Source: an uncultured Actinomycetes bacterium
GTDB taxonomy: Bacteria > Actinomycetota > Acidimicrobiia > IMCC26256 > JACDBD01
Assembly: GCA_963747195.1 (NCBI GenBank)
Contig: CAVVDV010000002.1
Coordinates: forward strand, 351,750 to 415,749
Length of the DNA stretch: 64,000 bases
Reading direction: 5' to 3'
Positions 1-9,955 of this stretch are shown one piece after another (the stretch's first letter is position 1; each line of letters opens with the position of its first letter). The position numbers and the translations under genes are program-made. A model generated the notes under the pieces. That model made no database searches and was not told where the DNA came from. It worked only from the letters and a program-made list of their open reading frames with translations.

Positions 1-693
1 CCGTCGACGCATCGTGCGACCTCGAAGCGATCTCGGCCTTGGCCCGGGCGGCGCCGCGTCTCGCGGCCGGAGAAGCCCCGACGGCCCGGCCGTCGGGCCG
101 CGCCCGCGTCGCCGTCGCCGGCGGGCCCGCGTTCAGCTTCACGTACCCGGACAATCTCGAGCTCCTCGTGCAGGCCGGCGCCGAGCTCGTCCCGTTCGAC
201 CCGCGCGCCGACGCCGCGCTTCCCGCCGGGGTCGACGCCGTGTACGCCGGCGGCGGCTTCCCCGAGGTGTTCGTCGAGGAGCTCGCGGCCAACCGTCCGC
301 TCCTCGACGACGTGCGCGCCCGCGTCGGGCGCGGGCTCGTGACGTGGGCGGAGTGCGGCGGGCTGCTCTGGCTCAGCCGCTCACTCGACGGGCAGCGCGC
401 TGTGCGGCGCCCTCGACGCCGAAGGTTCCATGAGCGAGCGCCTCACGCTCGGATACCGGCGCGCGCACGCTGGCGTCGACACGCCGCTGGCCCCGGCCGG
501 CACCGAGCTGCGCGGCCACGAGTTCCACTACTCGAGCCTCGAGCCCGCGGGCGACGCGCTGACGATGTCCGGACGCAACGGTGAGACGCGCGCCGGCTTC
601 GCGTCGCCGCGCCTGCTCGCCAGCTACCTGCACCTGCACCTCGCCGCCGATCCCCGCCTCGCCGAGCGCTTCGTCGCCACCGCCGCGAGCTGA
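1..693 (+). CDS. cobB: Cobyrinate/hydrogenobyrinate a,c-diamide synthase, C-terminal glutaminase part (5' truncated by window; frameshift ~400-430)
   Basis: AFSFTYPDNLELL, YAGGGFPE, AECGGLLWL, GHEFHYS and ASYLHLH motifs across ORFs 39..584 and 430..693. Confidence 0.9.
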
Positions 694-734
694 CGCACAC
701 ACCCTCGCCGCGCCGACATCCGGCGGTTATGCTC

Positions 735-878
735 CGCGAGCCGCGGTGTACGGGAAGCCGGTGCGAGTCCGGCGTGGTCCCGCCACTGTGACCGGGGAGC
801 GACCCCTCGATGTGCCACCGGAGACTCCGGGAAGGCGAGGGCGAGCGAGGATCCGGGAGCCAGGAGACCGGCTGCGGC
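735..878 (+). ncRNA. Cobalamin (B12) riboswitch
   Basis: GGGAAgccGGTGcgAgTCCggcgtggtCCCGCCACTGT core, GGGAAGG element, B12 box GAGCCAGGAGACC and gccgcgg/ctgcggc closing helix, directly upstream of cobalamin genes. Confidence 0.93.
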
Positions 879-906
879 GACGGGAGAAGCGTCCCACGGG
901 GATGGG

Positions 907-1612
907 ATGGCACCGGCGTTGGTCGGGGTGGGAGTCGGCCCCGGCGATCCCGAGCACGTCACGCTCGAAGCGTTGCGCGCCCTGCGCGAGGCGGACCGCG
1001 TGTTCGCGCCGTCGCTGGCGCTCGACGTCGTCGGCCGCGCCGAGTCGATCGTGCGCGAAGCGGCGCCGGACGTGCAGGTCGAGCGGCTCGTCATCGACGA
1101 TGCGCCGCGACGGCGGGCGCGAGGTGTACGGCGACGCCGCCCGCGAGATTGCCGCCGCCCTCGACCGCGACGAGCGCGTCGCCTTCGCCACCCTCGGTGA
1201 TCCCAACATCTACAGCACGTTCTCTTCGCTGGCGCGCGAGGTGCGAGCCCTGTGCCCGGATGCGCCGATCGAGACCGTCGCCGGGATCATGGCGTTCCAG
1301 GCGCTGGCGTCCCGGGCCGGGTTCGTCGTGCTCGAAGGCACCGAGTCGCTCTCGCTGATCACCGCGCTCGACGGCCCCGAAGCGCTCGACGGCGCGCTCA
1401 CCGACCGGGCCCGCGCCGTCGCCGTGTACAAGGGCGGACGACACCTCCCCGCGATCGCCAAACGGCTCGCCGCCGCCGGTCGGCTTCATGGCGCGGTCGC
1501 GGGCGAGCTGCTGGGCCTCCCGGGCGAGCGTGCCGGCCCCCTCGACGAGGTCGCCGACGCGCCGGCCAGCTACCTCGCCACGGTCCTCGTCCCTCCGGCG
1601 GGTCGGCCGTGA
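907..1612 (+). CDS. cobI: Precorrin-2/cobalt-factor II C20-methyltransferase (frameshift ~1105)
   Basis: LVGVGVGPGDPEHVTL, AFATLGDPNIYSTF, C-terminal SYLATVLV. Confidence 0.88.
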
Positions 1613-2402
1613 TCTCGTTCGTCGGCGCCGGACCCGGAGCCCCCGACCTCATCACGCTGCGCGGCCGCGACCGCCTCGCCACCGCCGACGTCGTCGTGTG
1701 GGCGTCGTCGCTCGTGCCCGAGGCGCTCCTCGACCACGCGCCGCCGACGGTCGAGATGCACGACTCCGCCGGCATGACGCTCGAGGACGTGCTCGCGGTC
1801 TACTCCGCGCGTCCCGACGCCCGCATCGTGCGCCTCCACTCCGGCGACCCTGCCGTCTACGGCGCCATCCAGGAGCAGATCGACTGGTGCGTCGCGCACG
1901 AGCGCGACTTCGAGATCGTTCCCGGCGTGAGCTCGCTGAGCGCGGCCGCCGCCGCGCTGGGACGCGAGCTGACCATCCCGACGGTGGCGCAGAGCGTGGT
2001 GCTCACGCGGCTCGCCGGCCGCACCGCGGCGTCGATGCCGGAGCGCGAGTCGGTCGCGGGGTTCGCGGCGCACGGCGCGACCATGGCCGTGTTCCTCTCG
2101 GCGGCGCGCCCGGTCGAGCTGCAACGGGAGCTGCTCGCCGGCGGGAGCGGCTACACAGCCGAGACGCCCGCCGCGATCGTCGTGCGCGCGTCGTGGCCCG
2201 ACGAGCAGGTGGTGACGACGACGGTGGGACGACTCGCCGCCGACGCTCGACGCGCTCGGCGCGACCCGTACCGTGCTCGTCCTCGTCGGGCCGGCGTTGC
2301 GGGGCGCCGCGGCCGCCCGCTCGCACCTCTACGAGCCACAGTTCGCGCACATGTTCCGGAGGCGGTCGCGCCCGGAGTCGACCGTGGGGCAGGCCGGCGT
2401 GA
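1609..2402 (+). CDS. cobM: Precorrin-4 C11-methyltransferase (frameshifts ~2245 and ~2385)
   Basis: SFVGAGPGAPDLITLRG, RLHSGDPAVYGAIQEQ, ELTIPTVAQSVVLTR, SHLYEPQFAHMFR; GTGA overlaps at both ends. Confidence 0.88.
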
Positions 2403-3505
2403 GCGCGCACGCTGTCACGCGCGAGCCCGATCTCGCGCCGGAGGTCGCGGCGCGCACGAAGGGCCTACGCGCCGGCTGGACGACGGGCACGTGCGCGAGC
2501 GCCGCCGCCAAAGCTGCCGCCGTCGGACTGGTCGGCGGCACCGCGCCCGCGCAGGTCGAGGTCGGCCTGCCTTCGGGGCGGCGGGTGAGCTTCCCGGTCG
2601 AGAGCGAGCTCCCGAACCGGTGCGTCGTCGTGAAGGACGCGGGCGACGATCCCGACTGCACCGACGGCGCCCGGGTGACGGCCGAGGTGGACTGGGCGAC
2701 GGCCGGCGCGCCTTCGACGGAGCTGCGAGCGGGGCCCGGCGTCGGCACGATCACGAAGCCCGGCATCGGGCTGGAGGTCGGCGCGCCGGCGATCAACCCG
2801 GTCCCGCAGCGGATGATCCTCGCCGCCCTCGACGAGGTGACCGACCGGCCGCTCGTCGTGACATTCACGGTGCCCGGCGGTGAGGCGATGGCCGAGAAGA
2901 CGACGAACGCGCGCCTCGGCATCGTCGGCGGCATCTCGATCCTCGGGACGTCCGGGATCGTGCGGCCGTTCTCCACCGCCGCCTACCGGGCGTCGGTCGT
3001 GCAGCAGATCGACGTCGCCGCCGCCCAGGGTGAGCGCACCGTGATGCTCGCCACCGGGAGCCGTTCGGAGCGCGCCGCCGCTCACCTGCATCCCGACCTG
3101 GACGACGTGTGCTGCGTCGAGGTCGGCGACTTCACCGGCATCGCGCTGCGCCGCGCCGTCGCCGCCGGCATCGAGAAGGTCGTCTTCGTCGGCATGGCGG
3201 GCAAGATCGCCAAGCTGGCGGCGGGCGTGATGATGACGCACTTCCACCGCTCGAAGGTCGACGGTGAGGTCCTCGCCGCGGCGGCCCGCGCGACGGGTGC
3301 GCCGGCCGTGATCGTGGACGCGGCGACCGAGACCGAGACGGCGCGCCACTTCTTCGAGGTCTGCGTCGCGCACGGCGCGCTCGCGCCGCTGCAGCTGCTG
3401 TGCGAGCAGGCGGCGGCGGCGTGCCGCCAACATGTCGACGGCTCGCTCGAGATCGAGGTCGTGATGGTCGACTTCGACGGCGCGGCGGTGGTCGCCCGTG
3501 CCTGA
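2399..3505 (+). CDS. cbiD: Cobalt-precorrin-5B C1-methyltransferase
   Basis: LRAGWTTGTCASAAAKAA, VVKDAGDDPDCT, AINPVP, NARLGIVGGISILGTSGIVRPFS. Confidence 0.93.
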   Translation: MSAHAVTREPDLAPEVAARTKGLRAGWTTGTCASAAAKAAAVGLVGGTAPAQVEVGLPSGRRVSFPVESELPNRCVVVKDAGDDPDCTDGARVTAEVDWATAGAPSTELRAGPGVGTITKPGIGLEVGAPAINPVPQRMILAALDEVTDRPLVVTFTVPGGEAMAEKTTNARLGIVGGISILGTSGIVRPFSTAAYRASVVQQIDVAAAQGERTVMLATGSRSERAAAHLHPDLDDVCCVEVGDFTGIALRRAVAAGIEKVVFVGMAGKIAKLAAGVMMTHFHRSKVDGEVLAAAARATGAPAVIVDAATETETARHFFEVCVAHGALAPLQLLCEQAAAACRQHVDGSLEIEVVMVDFDGAAVVARA

Positions 3506-4680
3506 GCGCATTGCGGTCGTGGGCGTGTGCGGTGGCGAGCCGGTGGGGAAGGAGGCGCGCGCTGCGATCGAGGCGGCGTCGCTCGTCGCCGGTGCGGCCC
3601 GCCACCTCCGGACGCTCACTCCGATCGGAGCCCGCACCCTGCCGATCGACGGGCCGCTCACCGACGTGCTCGACGCCCTCGAACGCGAGCGCGGCGGGGT
3701 GTGCGTCCTCGCCTCGGGTGACCCCGGGTTCTTCGGGATCGTGCGCGTGCTCGCCGAGCGCTTCGGCGCCGGACGCGCCTCGACGTACACCCCGCGCCGT
3801 CGGCGGTCTCGCTCGCGTTCGCCCGCCTCGGGCCTGCCGTGGGACGACGCCGCCGTGATCTCGGCGCACGGTCGCCCGCTGGCCGAGGCCGCCCGTCGTG
3901 CCGTCCGGCACCCGAAGGCCGCGGTGCTCGTCGCGCCGGATGCGCCGCCCGAAGCGCTGGGCCGGGAGCTGCGCGCGCTCGGTGCGTCGCACGGCCGCGC
4001 TGCGGTCTGCTCCCGCCTCGGGGAGCCCGACGAACGCGTCGACGTCGTCACGCTCGAGGAGCTCGCGGCCGGCGTCGTTCGACGCGATGTCTGTCGTCGT
4101 GCTCCTCGAGGGCGACGGGGTGGCGGAGGCACCGACGCTCGAGTGGGGGCGGCCGGAGGAGCGCTTCGCGGCGCGCGATGGGCTCGTCACGAAGGCGGAA
4201 GTGCGCGCCGTCGCGCTCGGCAAGCTCGCGCTGCCCCACGGCGGCGTGGTGTGGGACGTGGGCGCGGGCAGCGGGAGTGTCGCCATCGAGATCGCGGCGA
4301 TCGCTGCCCGGGTTGCGTGTCGTCGCGGTCGAGCGACGCGCCGACGACATCCGCCGCATCGAGGCGAACGCGCACGCGCACGGCGCCACGCTCGAGGTGG
4401 TCCACGGCGAAGCCCCCGGCGCGCTCGACGCGCTGCCCGATCCCGACCGCGTCTTCGTCGGCGGCGGCGGGATCGGCGGTGCTCGACGCCGCCCTCGCCC
4501 GCCTGCGCCCGGGCGGCCGCGTCGTCGCCACGTTCGCGGCGCTCGATCGCGCCGCGGCCGGCGTACGAGCGCCTCGGCAACCTCGCCGAGGTGTCGGTCG
4601 CCCGCGGGAGGCCGATCGCCGGCGGGGTGCGGCTCGAGGCCGAGAACCCGGTGTTCGTCGTCTGGGGGCCCGAGCGATGA
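3498..4680 (+). CDS. cobL: Bifunctional precorrin-6Y C5,15-methyltransferase CbiE/CbiT (several frameshifts)
   Basis: LASGDPGFFGI, ISAHGR; then VTKAEVRAV, VWDVGAGSGSVAIE, PDRVFVGGG, ENPVFVV. Confidence 0.87.
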
Positions 4681-6340
4681 GCCGGTCGGTCCTGAGCGTG
4701 TCGGTGACGGAGGCGGGCCGGGCTCGGGCGCGCCGCCTGCCGTTCGAGCACGTCCACGGGTCGGCGGCCGCCACCGTGCGCGAGCGATGGGGCTCGGTCG
4801 ACGGCTTCGTGCTGTTCCTCGCCACCGGCGCGGCGGTCCGGATCGTCGCGCCGCTGCTCGCCGACAAGAGCCGTGACCCCGCCGTCGTCTGCGTCGACGA
4901 AGTCGGGCGGCACGCGGTCGCGCTCGTCGGCGGCCACGCCGGCGGAGCCAACGCCGCTCGCCCGTCAGGTCGGCGGGCTCCTCGACGCCGAGCCGGTGCT
5001 CACCACCGCGACGGACAGCGCCGGCTGCATCGCGCTCGACGCGCTGCCGGGCTTCGTCGCCGTCGGCGACGTCGCCGCCGTGACGGCCGCCATGCTCGAC
5101 GGGCGGTCGCCGCGCGTCTCCAACGAGCTGGGCTGGCCGCTGCCCGCCGGACTTGACCGGCGGCGACGGTCCGGAGTGCATCCTCGTGACCGACCGGCGG
5201 GTCGCAGCCGGGCCCGGCGTCGGTCGACGCTGCACCCACCGTCGCTCGTCGCCGGGGTCGGCGCCTCGACGGGCGCGCCGGCGGACGCCGTGTCCGACCT
5301 CCTCGACGACGCCCTCGACGCCGCCGGGCTCGCGCGCGCCCGTCGATCGCCGAGGTCGCGACGCTCGATCGGAAGACGACCGAGCCGGGTCTGCAGGCCC
5401 TCGGGCTGCCGCTCCGGGGATTCGGCGGCGGAGGCGCTGCGCGCCGTACCGGTGCCGACCCCGAGCGCGGTCGTCGCCGACGCCGTCGGCACGCCGAGCG
5501 TCGCCGAGGCCGCCGCGCTCCTGTCCGCCGGGCCGGGCGCCGAGCTCGTGGTGCCCAAGCAGGCGAACGCCGTCGCCACGGTGGCGATCGCCCGCCGTGC
5601 CCGTCCCGCGGGCCGGCTGCGCATCGTCGGGCTCGGGCCCGGCACGCCCGCGCTGCGCACCCCGGCGGCCGAGACGGCGGTGCGCCACGCGCAGGTCGTC
5701 ATCGGGTACGCGCCGTACGTCGACGCGTGCGCCGACCTGCTCGAACCGCATCACGAGGTCGTGCGCAGCCCGATCGGCGAGGAGGTCGTGCGGGCCAAGC
5801 AGGCGCTCGCCGAAGCGGCCGGCGGACGCGAGGTCGCGCTCGTGTGCTCGGGCGACCCCGGCGTGTACGCCATGGCCTCGATCGCGCTCGAGCTCGCGGC
5901 CGACGCCCCCGGCGTCGAGATCGAGACGGTGCCGGGCGTGACCGCGGCCCTCGCCGCGTCCGCCGCGGTCGGCGCGCCGCTCGGACACGACTTCGCCACC
6001 ATCAGCCTGTCCGACCTCCTCACGCCGTGGGAGGCGATCGAAGCCCGCGCTTCGCGCGGCGGCGGCCGCCGACTTCGCGCTTGCCCTCTACAACCCGCGT
6101 TCGGAGCGCCGGACGTGGCAGCTCGACGCCGCCCGCCAGATCCTGCTCGAGCACCGGGCACCGTCGACGCCCGTCGCCGTCGTCACCGATGCAACGCGCG
6201 CCGACCAGCACGTGCAGGTCACCACGCTCGCCGAGCTCGACCCGACCGCCGCCGGCATGACGACGTGCGTCCTCGTCGGAGCGTCGACCACGCGCGTCGT
6301 CGACGGCCGCGTCGTCACGCCGCGGGGGTACCGGCCGTGA
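4677..6340 (+). CDS. cobJ: Fused CbiG (cobalt-precorrin-5A hydrolase) / precorrin-3B C17-methyltransferase CobJ/CbiH (several frameshifts)
   Basis: CbiG: LATGAAVRIVAP, KSRDPAVVCVDE, GGHAGGAN, VLTTATD, SVAEAAAL; CobJ: VGLGPG, CSGDPGVYAMA, APLGHDFATISLSDLLTPWE, TPRGY. Confidence 0.86.
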
Positions 6341-6530
6341 CCGCCGCCGCGCTCACCGTGGCCGTGACCTCGTCCTGTACGGCGTGCGGCGCGTGCCTGC
6401 TCACGTGCCCCGAGCGCGCGCTCGATCGCCGCGCCGGGTCGGCCCGACGTCGTCGACGGAGCGCTGCACCGGCTGCCTGGCCTGCGTGGAGATCTGCCCG
6501 CGCGACGCGATCGAGGAGGTGCGCGCGTGA
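6337..6530 (+). CDS. Small 2x[4Fe-4S] ferredoxin (frameshifted)
   Basis: CTACGACLLTCPERAL, and after a frame change CTGCLACVEICPRDAI; GTGA overlaps with both neighbours. Confidence 0.78.
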
Positions 6531-7129
6531 TCCACCCGATCGAGACGGAGAGCTACCGGATCCTCGAGACCCGCGTCGACCTCTCGCACCTCGATCCCGG
6601 GCCACGCGCCGTCGTCGAGCGGGTGATCCACGCCAGCGCCGATCCCGAGTACGCCGCGTCGACGGTCGTCGACGTCGCCGCCGTCGACGCCGGCGTGCAC
6701 GCACTCCGTGCCGGTGCGCCGGTGCTCTGCGACGTCGAGATGGTGCGCTCCGGCATCCGCGGCGTCCCGACGGAATGCCTTCTCGCCGACAACTTGTACG
6801 CAGACCCTGACGGGCCGACGCGCGCCGCGCTCGGGATGCGCTCCGCGGCCGCCCGGCATCCAACCGGGGCCGTCGTAGTGGTCGGCTGCGCACCGACCGC
6901 CCTCGAAGAAGCGCTGGACCTCGTCGCCTGCGGCGTCTTCGCGCCTGCACTCGTCATCGGGCTGCCGGTCGGGTTCGTCGGCGCGGCGGAATCGAAGGCG
7001 CGCCTGCGCGCGAGCGGATTGCCCGCCATCTCGAACATCGGCGAGAAGGGCGGCAGCGCCGTCGCGGCAGCGGCCGTCAACGCACTCGTTCGCCTCGCCG
7101 CCCCGCCACCGGAAGGGAACGCACCATGA
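6527..7129 (+). CDS. cobH: Precorrin-8X methylmutase CobH/CbiC
   Basis: HPIETESYRIL, RVIHASAD, GCAPTAL, GLPVGFVGAAESK, KGGSAVAAAAVNAL. Confidence 0.93.
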   Translation: MIHPIETESYRILETRVDLSHLDPGPRAVVERVIHASADPEYAASTVVDVAAVDAGVHALRAGAPVLCDVEMVRSGIRGVPTECLLADNLYADPDGPTRAALGMRSAAARHPTGAVVVVGCAPTALEEALDLVACGVFAPALVIGLPVGFVGAAESKARLRASGLPAISNIGEKGGSAVAAAAVNALVRLAAPPPEGNAP

Positions 7130-8052
7130 GCCCACGTCCCGCGCTGCTCCTCATCGGTCACGGCAGCCGCTCCGCCGCCGGCGTCGACGAGTACTGGCAG
7201 TTCGCCGACGTGCTGCGGGGCGAGGCGAACGGCCTCGAGATCGGCTGCGGTTTCATCGAGCTGGCCGAGCCCGACCTCGACACCGCCATCGACGCGCTCG
7301 TCGGCCGCGGCGCCACCTCGATCGGCGCCGTCCCGCTCGTCCTCCTCGGCGCCGGCCACATGAAGAACGACGGGCCCGCCGCGCTCGAACGAGGGCGCCG
7401 CCGCCATCAGGGCGTGCGGTTCGAGTACGGGCGCTCGCTCGGCGTCCACCCGCTCGTGCTCGCGCTCGCCGAGGACCGCATCCGCGCCGCCGTCGGCGCC
7501 GACGATCCCGGCGAGCTCGCGGTGGTGCTCGTCGGGCGCGGGTCCAGCGATCCCGACGCCAACGCCGACCTGTACAAGGTCGGGCGGCTCCTCCAGGACT
7601 CGCGCGGTCTCGGGCTCGTCGAGCCGGCGTTCATCTCTTTGGCGCCCCCGTCGGTGCCCGACGCGCTGGAACGCTGCCGTCGCCTCGGCGCCACGACCAT
7701 CGCGGTGGTGCCGTACTTCCTGTTCACCGGCATCCTCGTGGACCGCATCCACGACCAAGCCGACGCATGGGCCGCCGAGCATCCGGACGTCGTGGTCCGC
7801 CACGGCGCGCACCTCGGCCCCGATGCCCGCGTCGCCCAACTGGTGCTCGAGCGCCACCGGGAGGCGATCGAGGGCGAGGCCCGCATGAATTGCGACTGCT
7901 GCGTCTACCGGATCGCGATCCCCGGGTACGAGGAGCAGGTCGGGCGACCGACTCCGCTGCACGCGCACCCGCACAGTCATGGTCACGACCATCCCCACAA
8001 CGGTGGGGTACCGGTCCACGAGCACACGGGAGGAGGTGAGCACATTGGATGA
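7126..8052 (+). CDS. cbiX: Sirohydrochlorin cobaltochelatase, long CbiX
   Basis: IGHGSR, AGHMKND, GRGSSDPDAN, PYFLFTG, MNCDCC motif and His-rich tail. Confidence 0.92.
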   Translation: MSPRPALLLIGHGSRSAAGVDEYWQFADVLRGEANGLEIGCGFIELAEPDLDTAIDALVGRGATSIGAVPLVLLGAGHMKNDGPAALERGRRRHQGVRFEYGRSLGVHPLVLALAEDRIRAAVGADDPGELAVVLVGRGSSDPDANADLYKVGRLLQDSRGLGLVEPAFISLAPPSVPDALERCRRLGATTIAVVPYFLFTGILVDRIHDQADAWAAEHPDVVVRHGAHLGPDARVAQLVLERHREAIEGEARMNCDCCVYRIAIPGYEEQVGRPTPLHAHPHSHGHDHPHNGGVPVHEHTGGGEHIG

Positions 8053-8230
8053 GGCATTGGAGCTCGAGAAGGTCAAGGTCCCCGGGTGGACCTGGCTGGT
8101 CGTCGCGCTACTGATCTTCGCCGTGTACCTGATCACGTCGGAGAACGGCGCCGCGCTCGGAAGCATGGCGCACAGGCTGCACGAGTTCTTCCACGACTCA
8201 CGCCATTTCCTCGGCGTGCCCTGTCATTGA
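8045..8230 (+). CDS. cbtB: Cobalt transporter small subunit, CbtB-like (start TTG 8045 or GTG 8036)
   Basis: One TM helix then HEFFHDSRHFLGVPCH; AGGAGG RBS at 8031. Confidence 0.85.
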   Translation: MDEALELEKVKVPGWTWLVVALLIFAVYLITSENGAALGSMAHRLHEFFHDSRHFLGVPCH

Positions 8231-8252
8231 GAAGACCCGGAGAGGAGGGCCC

Positions 8253-8990
8253 ATGTTGGGCAGCTTCATCCGCCGGGGCGCGATCGCCGGCGTGGTGGGA
8301 GGAGCGGCCAGCGCGCTGTTCCTCCTGCTCGTCGGCGAGCGCGTGATCGGCGATGCCATCCGCCTCGAGGAGGCCAGAGGCGGGGGCGGCAACCAAATGT
8401 TCAGCCGAGGGGTTCAGACGTTCGGCGGCGCGCTGGGCGTGATCCTGGTCAGCGTGGCCCTGGGCGTGATGTTCGCGGCGACCTTCGCAGCGGTCCGTCA
8501 TCGCCTTCCCGGCCGCGACGACTGGCAGCGCTCGATCGCGTGGGCGGCCACGGCGTTCGTCGTCGTCTACCTCGTGCCGTTCGCCAAGTACCCGCCGAAC
8601 CCGCCGTCGGTCGGCGATCCGAACACGATCGACGAGCGGACGATTCTGTACTTCGCCATGCTGGCGTGGTCGGTCGGCGCGGCTTTCCTTGCCGCGCGAC
8701 TCGGCGGCTGGCTGCGCTCCCGTCAACTGGCAGATCCGGCTCGCCTGACCGCGATTGCCGGCGCATGGATCGTCCTCGTCGCGGTCGGCTACATGGTGCT
8801 TCCGGGGCCCCCGGACGCAGTGACCGCTCCGGCCACGCTCATCTGGCGATTCCGGCTCGCGAGCGCGGGCGGCGCGCTCGCGCTGTGGGCTGTCATCGGC
8901 ACCGTGTTCGGGTTGCTGTCGCTTCCGGCTGGGAGCCGGGCGCGCCGCGCCCGATCGGAGGTGCGAACCGGGGTGACGACCGAGCTGTGA
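8253..8990 (+). CDS. cbtA: Cobalt transporter CbtA family membrane protein
   Basis: GERVIGDAIRLEE, VPFAKYPPNPPSVG, PATLIWRFRLAS; follows cbtB. Confidence 0.87.
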   Translation: MLGSFIRRGAIAGVVGGAASALFLLLVGERVIGDAIRLEEARGGGGNQMFSRGVQTFGGALGVILVSVALGVMFAATFAAVRHRLPGRDDWQRSIAWAATAFVVVYLVPFAKYPPNPPSVGDPNTIDERTILYFAMLAWSVGAAFLAARLGGWLRSRQLADPARLTAIAGAWIVLVAVGYMVLPGPPDAVTAPATLIWRFRLASAGGALALWAVIGTVFGLLSLPAGSRARRARSEVRTGVTTEL

Positions 8991-9856
8991 GCAGCGCTGT
9001 GGTCGCGGCCGCGGCGGGGCTGGAGATCGGCCTCGTCGCGACCGCGTTCGCGCTCGGTTTCCGTCACGGGTTCGACTGGGACCATCTCGCGGCCCTGAGC
9101 GACATCGCCGCGTCGCAGCGGAGCCGTCGCCGCTCGATGATGCTCGCCACGCTCTACGCGTTGGGACACGCCGCGGTCGCGTTTGCGATCGGGGCCGCCG
9201 TCATCCTCGCGTCCGCGCATCTGCCGGCGTCTGTCGGGGAGTTCATGGAACGGCTGGTGGGCGTGACGCTCGTCGCGCTCGGCGTCTTGGTCATCGTCTC
9301 CACCTCCGCCACGGGACGGAGCACGCGCATGCCGAGCCGCGGCGCGCTGTTGGTCGCCGGGTTCCGGCGCCTGCGGCGGCGGCCTCCCGCCCCGGTCGTC
9401 ATCGAGCACGAGCACGACCATCCGGTGGGGGAGCACCACGACCACGAGCTCGAGCCCGTCGGAGCGGCTCGGCGAACCGCCGTCATCCCGCGGCACAGCC
9501 ACCGACACCGGCACGTCGGCGCGCTCCCGGACGACCCGTTGCCGGCGTACGGCGGGGGCGCGGCTGTCGGCGTGGGAATGATCCACGGCATCGGGTTCGA
9601 GACGCCGACCCAGGCGCTCGTGTTCGTCACGGCAGCCGGCGCCGGGAGCCGGGCGGCGGGCCTTCTCGTGCTGGCGTGCTTCCTCGCCGGGTTGCTCGCC
9701 GCCAACACGGTCGTCGCGTTGGCGAGCACGTTCGGACTGACCGGCGCCGGCTCACGCGCCCGGCTCTACACCCTCGTCTCACTCGTCGCCGCTGCGGCCA
9801 GCATCGCGCTCGGCCTGCTGTACGTGTTCGGCAAGGGCGACGTCATGCCGGGCTAG
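8987..9856 (+). CDS. NiCoT/HoxN-related nickel/cobalt transporter
   Basis: GFRHGFDWDHLAA signature, LGHA, His-rich loop, HGIGFETPTQ; GTGA-coupled to cbtA. Confidence 0.78.
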   Translation: MSSAVVAAAAGLEIGLVATAFALGFRHGFDWDHLAALSDIAASQRSRRRSMMLATLYALGHAAVAFAIGAAVILASAHLPASVGEFMERLVGVTLVALGVLVIVSTSATGRSTRMPSRGALLVAGFRRLRRRPPAPVVIEHEHDHPVGEHHDHELEPVGAARRTAVIPRHSHRHRHVGALPDDPLPAYGGGAAVGVGMIHGIGFETPTQALVFVTAAGAGSRAAGLLVLACFLAGLLAANTVVALASTFGLTGAGSRARLYTLVSLVAAAASIALGLLYVFGKGDVMPG

Positions 9857-9922
9857 AACGCCGCTTCTGACCCCACCTCCGGTACCGTTCGCGGGGCGGC
9901 GGCTTTGCCGACCGTCACCGCA

Positions 9923-9946
9923 AAGCCGGAGCTTGCGACGGCGACA
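9923..9946. repeat. Short palindromic repeat identical to 40299..40322
   Basis: aagccggagcttgcgacggcgaca just before the methyltransferase RBS. Confidence 0.75.
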
Positions 9947-9955
9947 AGGAGATAA

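Noticed and set aside
2273..3505. Apparent CobM-CbiD fusion
   Set aside because: Removing one G from the run near 2385 ends CobM with TGA at 2402, overlapping the CbiD GTG at 2399, which matches the coupling used throughout the operon.
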